From Raillietiella orientalis (taxonomy: Eukaryota), in assembly GCA_036172245.1 (NCBI GenBank), contig JAYWIR010000033.1, positions 1,550,001-1,614,000 on the forward strand: DNA of 64,000 nucleotides, in the 5' to 3' direction. Numbering within the stretch: position 1 is the stretch's first letter; each line of letters begins with the position of its first letter. The translations under genes and the position numbers were made by a program. The notes beneath the pieces are model-generated. The model was given only the letters and a program-made list of their open reading frames with translations. It was not told the DNA's origin and ran no database searches. Positions 63,581 to 64,000 of the stretch are shown one piece after another.

Positions 63581-64000
63581 GGCTGCCGTAGAACGCGGGT
63601 TCCGCGTTATACGAGCACACGGGTGACGTGTAGAAATGATGGAAAATGGATGCGCGTCGAGTACGGTGGGATGTTTGGTGCTTCGCCGGGATGCAGAGGG
63701 AAAAATCCGTCATCTCACCTGAAGTGAAAAAAGAATGGAAAGAAAAAATCTTTGGAATTGTGTGGACGTGCGATCGGTCGCAACGATTCGGAAACGATGC
63801 GTTTCGTGGCCGTCGCTGAAGAACGTGCCCTGCCACGCCCTTTCGTTCGAAGTGAACAGAATTGGGCCTTCTGAAATCGAGCGCTCTTCCCGGAGACCGC
63901 CAAGTTCGAAGATTCCGTACAGAGTGGCACGGAGCTGATTCGTCCGCGTTGTACGGGGCAGTGTCCGTTGCTTTGTCCGCGTTATAGGAGTACCTCGTTA

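Noticed and set aside
1..64000. Prokaryotic systems (CRISPR arrays, operons, defence islands)
   Set aside because: Spliceosomal introns, animal genes and eukaryotic TEs throughout; no repeat-spacer array or operon-like gene density.

Overview
Eukaryotic (animal, most likely invertebrate/arthropod-like) nuclear DNA. Four intron-containing housekeeping genes sit in AT-rich, CpG-poor islands: spatacsin/SPG11 (-, ~22.1-31.8 kb), alkaline ceramidase (-, 45.3-46.7 kb), DcpS scavenger decapping enzyme (+, 48.5-49.8 kb) and a small mitochondrial Deltameth_res/COX7B-like protein (+, 56.2-57.9 kb). Many of their introns are only 40-60 nt. The rest is a GC/CpG-rich graveyard of decayed, nested transposons: at least eight pieces of L1/Tx1-type LINEs, restriction-like-endonuclease LINE fragments, a near full-length Hsmar1-like mariner, piggyBac, hAT, probable BEL/Pao and Gypsy remnants, a ~0.8 kb 28S rRNA pseudogene, and six copies of a ~0.6 kb tRNA-headed SINE-like repeat. 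The most interesting observations are a candidate (decayed) HDV-like ribozyme fold overlapping the putative ORF1 start of a Tx1-like element, a stem-conserved 3'-terminal AATAAA+hairpin module in four LINE copies, a LINE nested in the SINE with a 16-bp target-site duplication, and a 28S fragment fused to a mariner end that stops near the protostome hidden-break region. All assignments come from reading motifs by eye; no database searches or folding computations were run, and TE boundaries are approximate.
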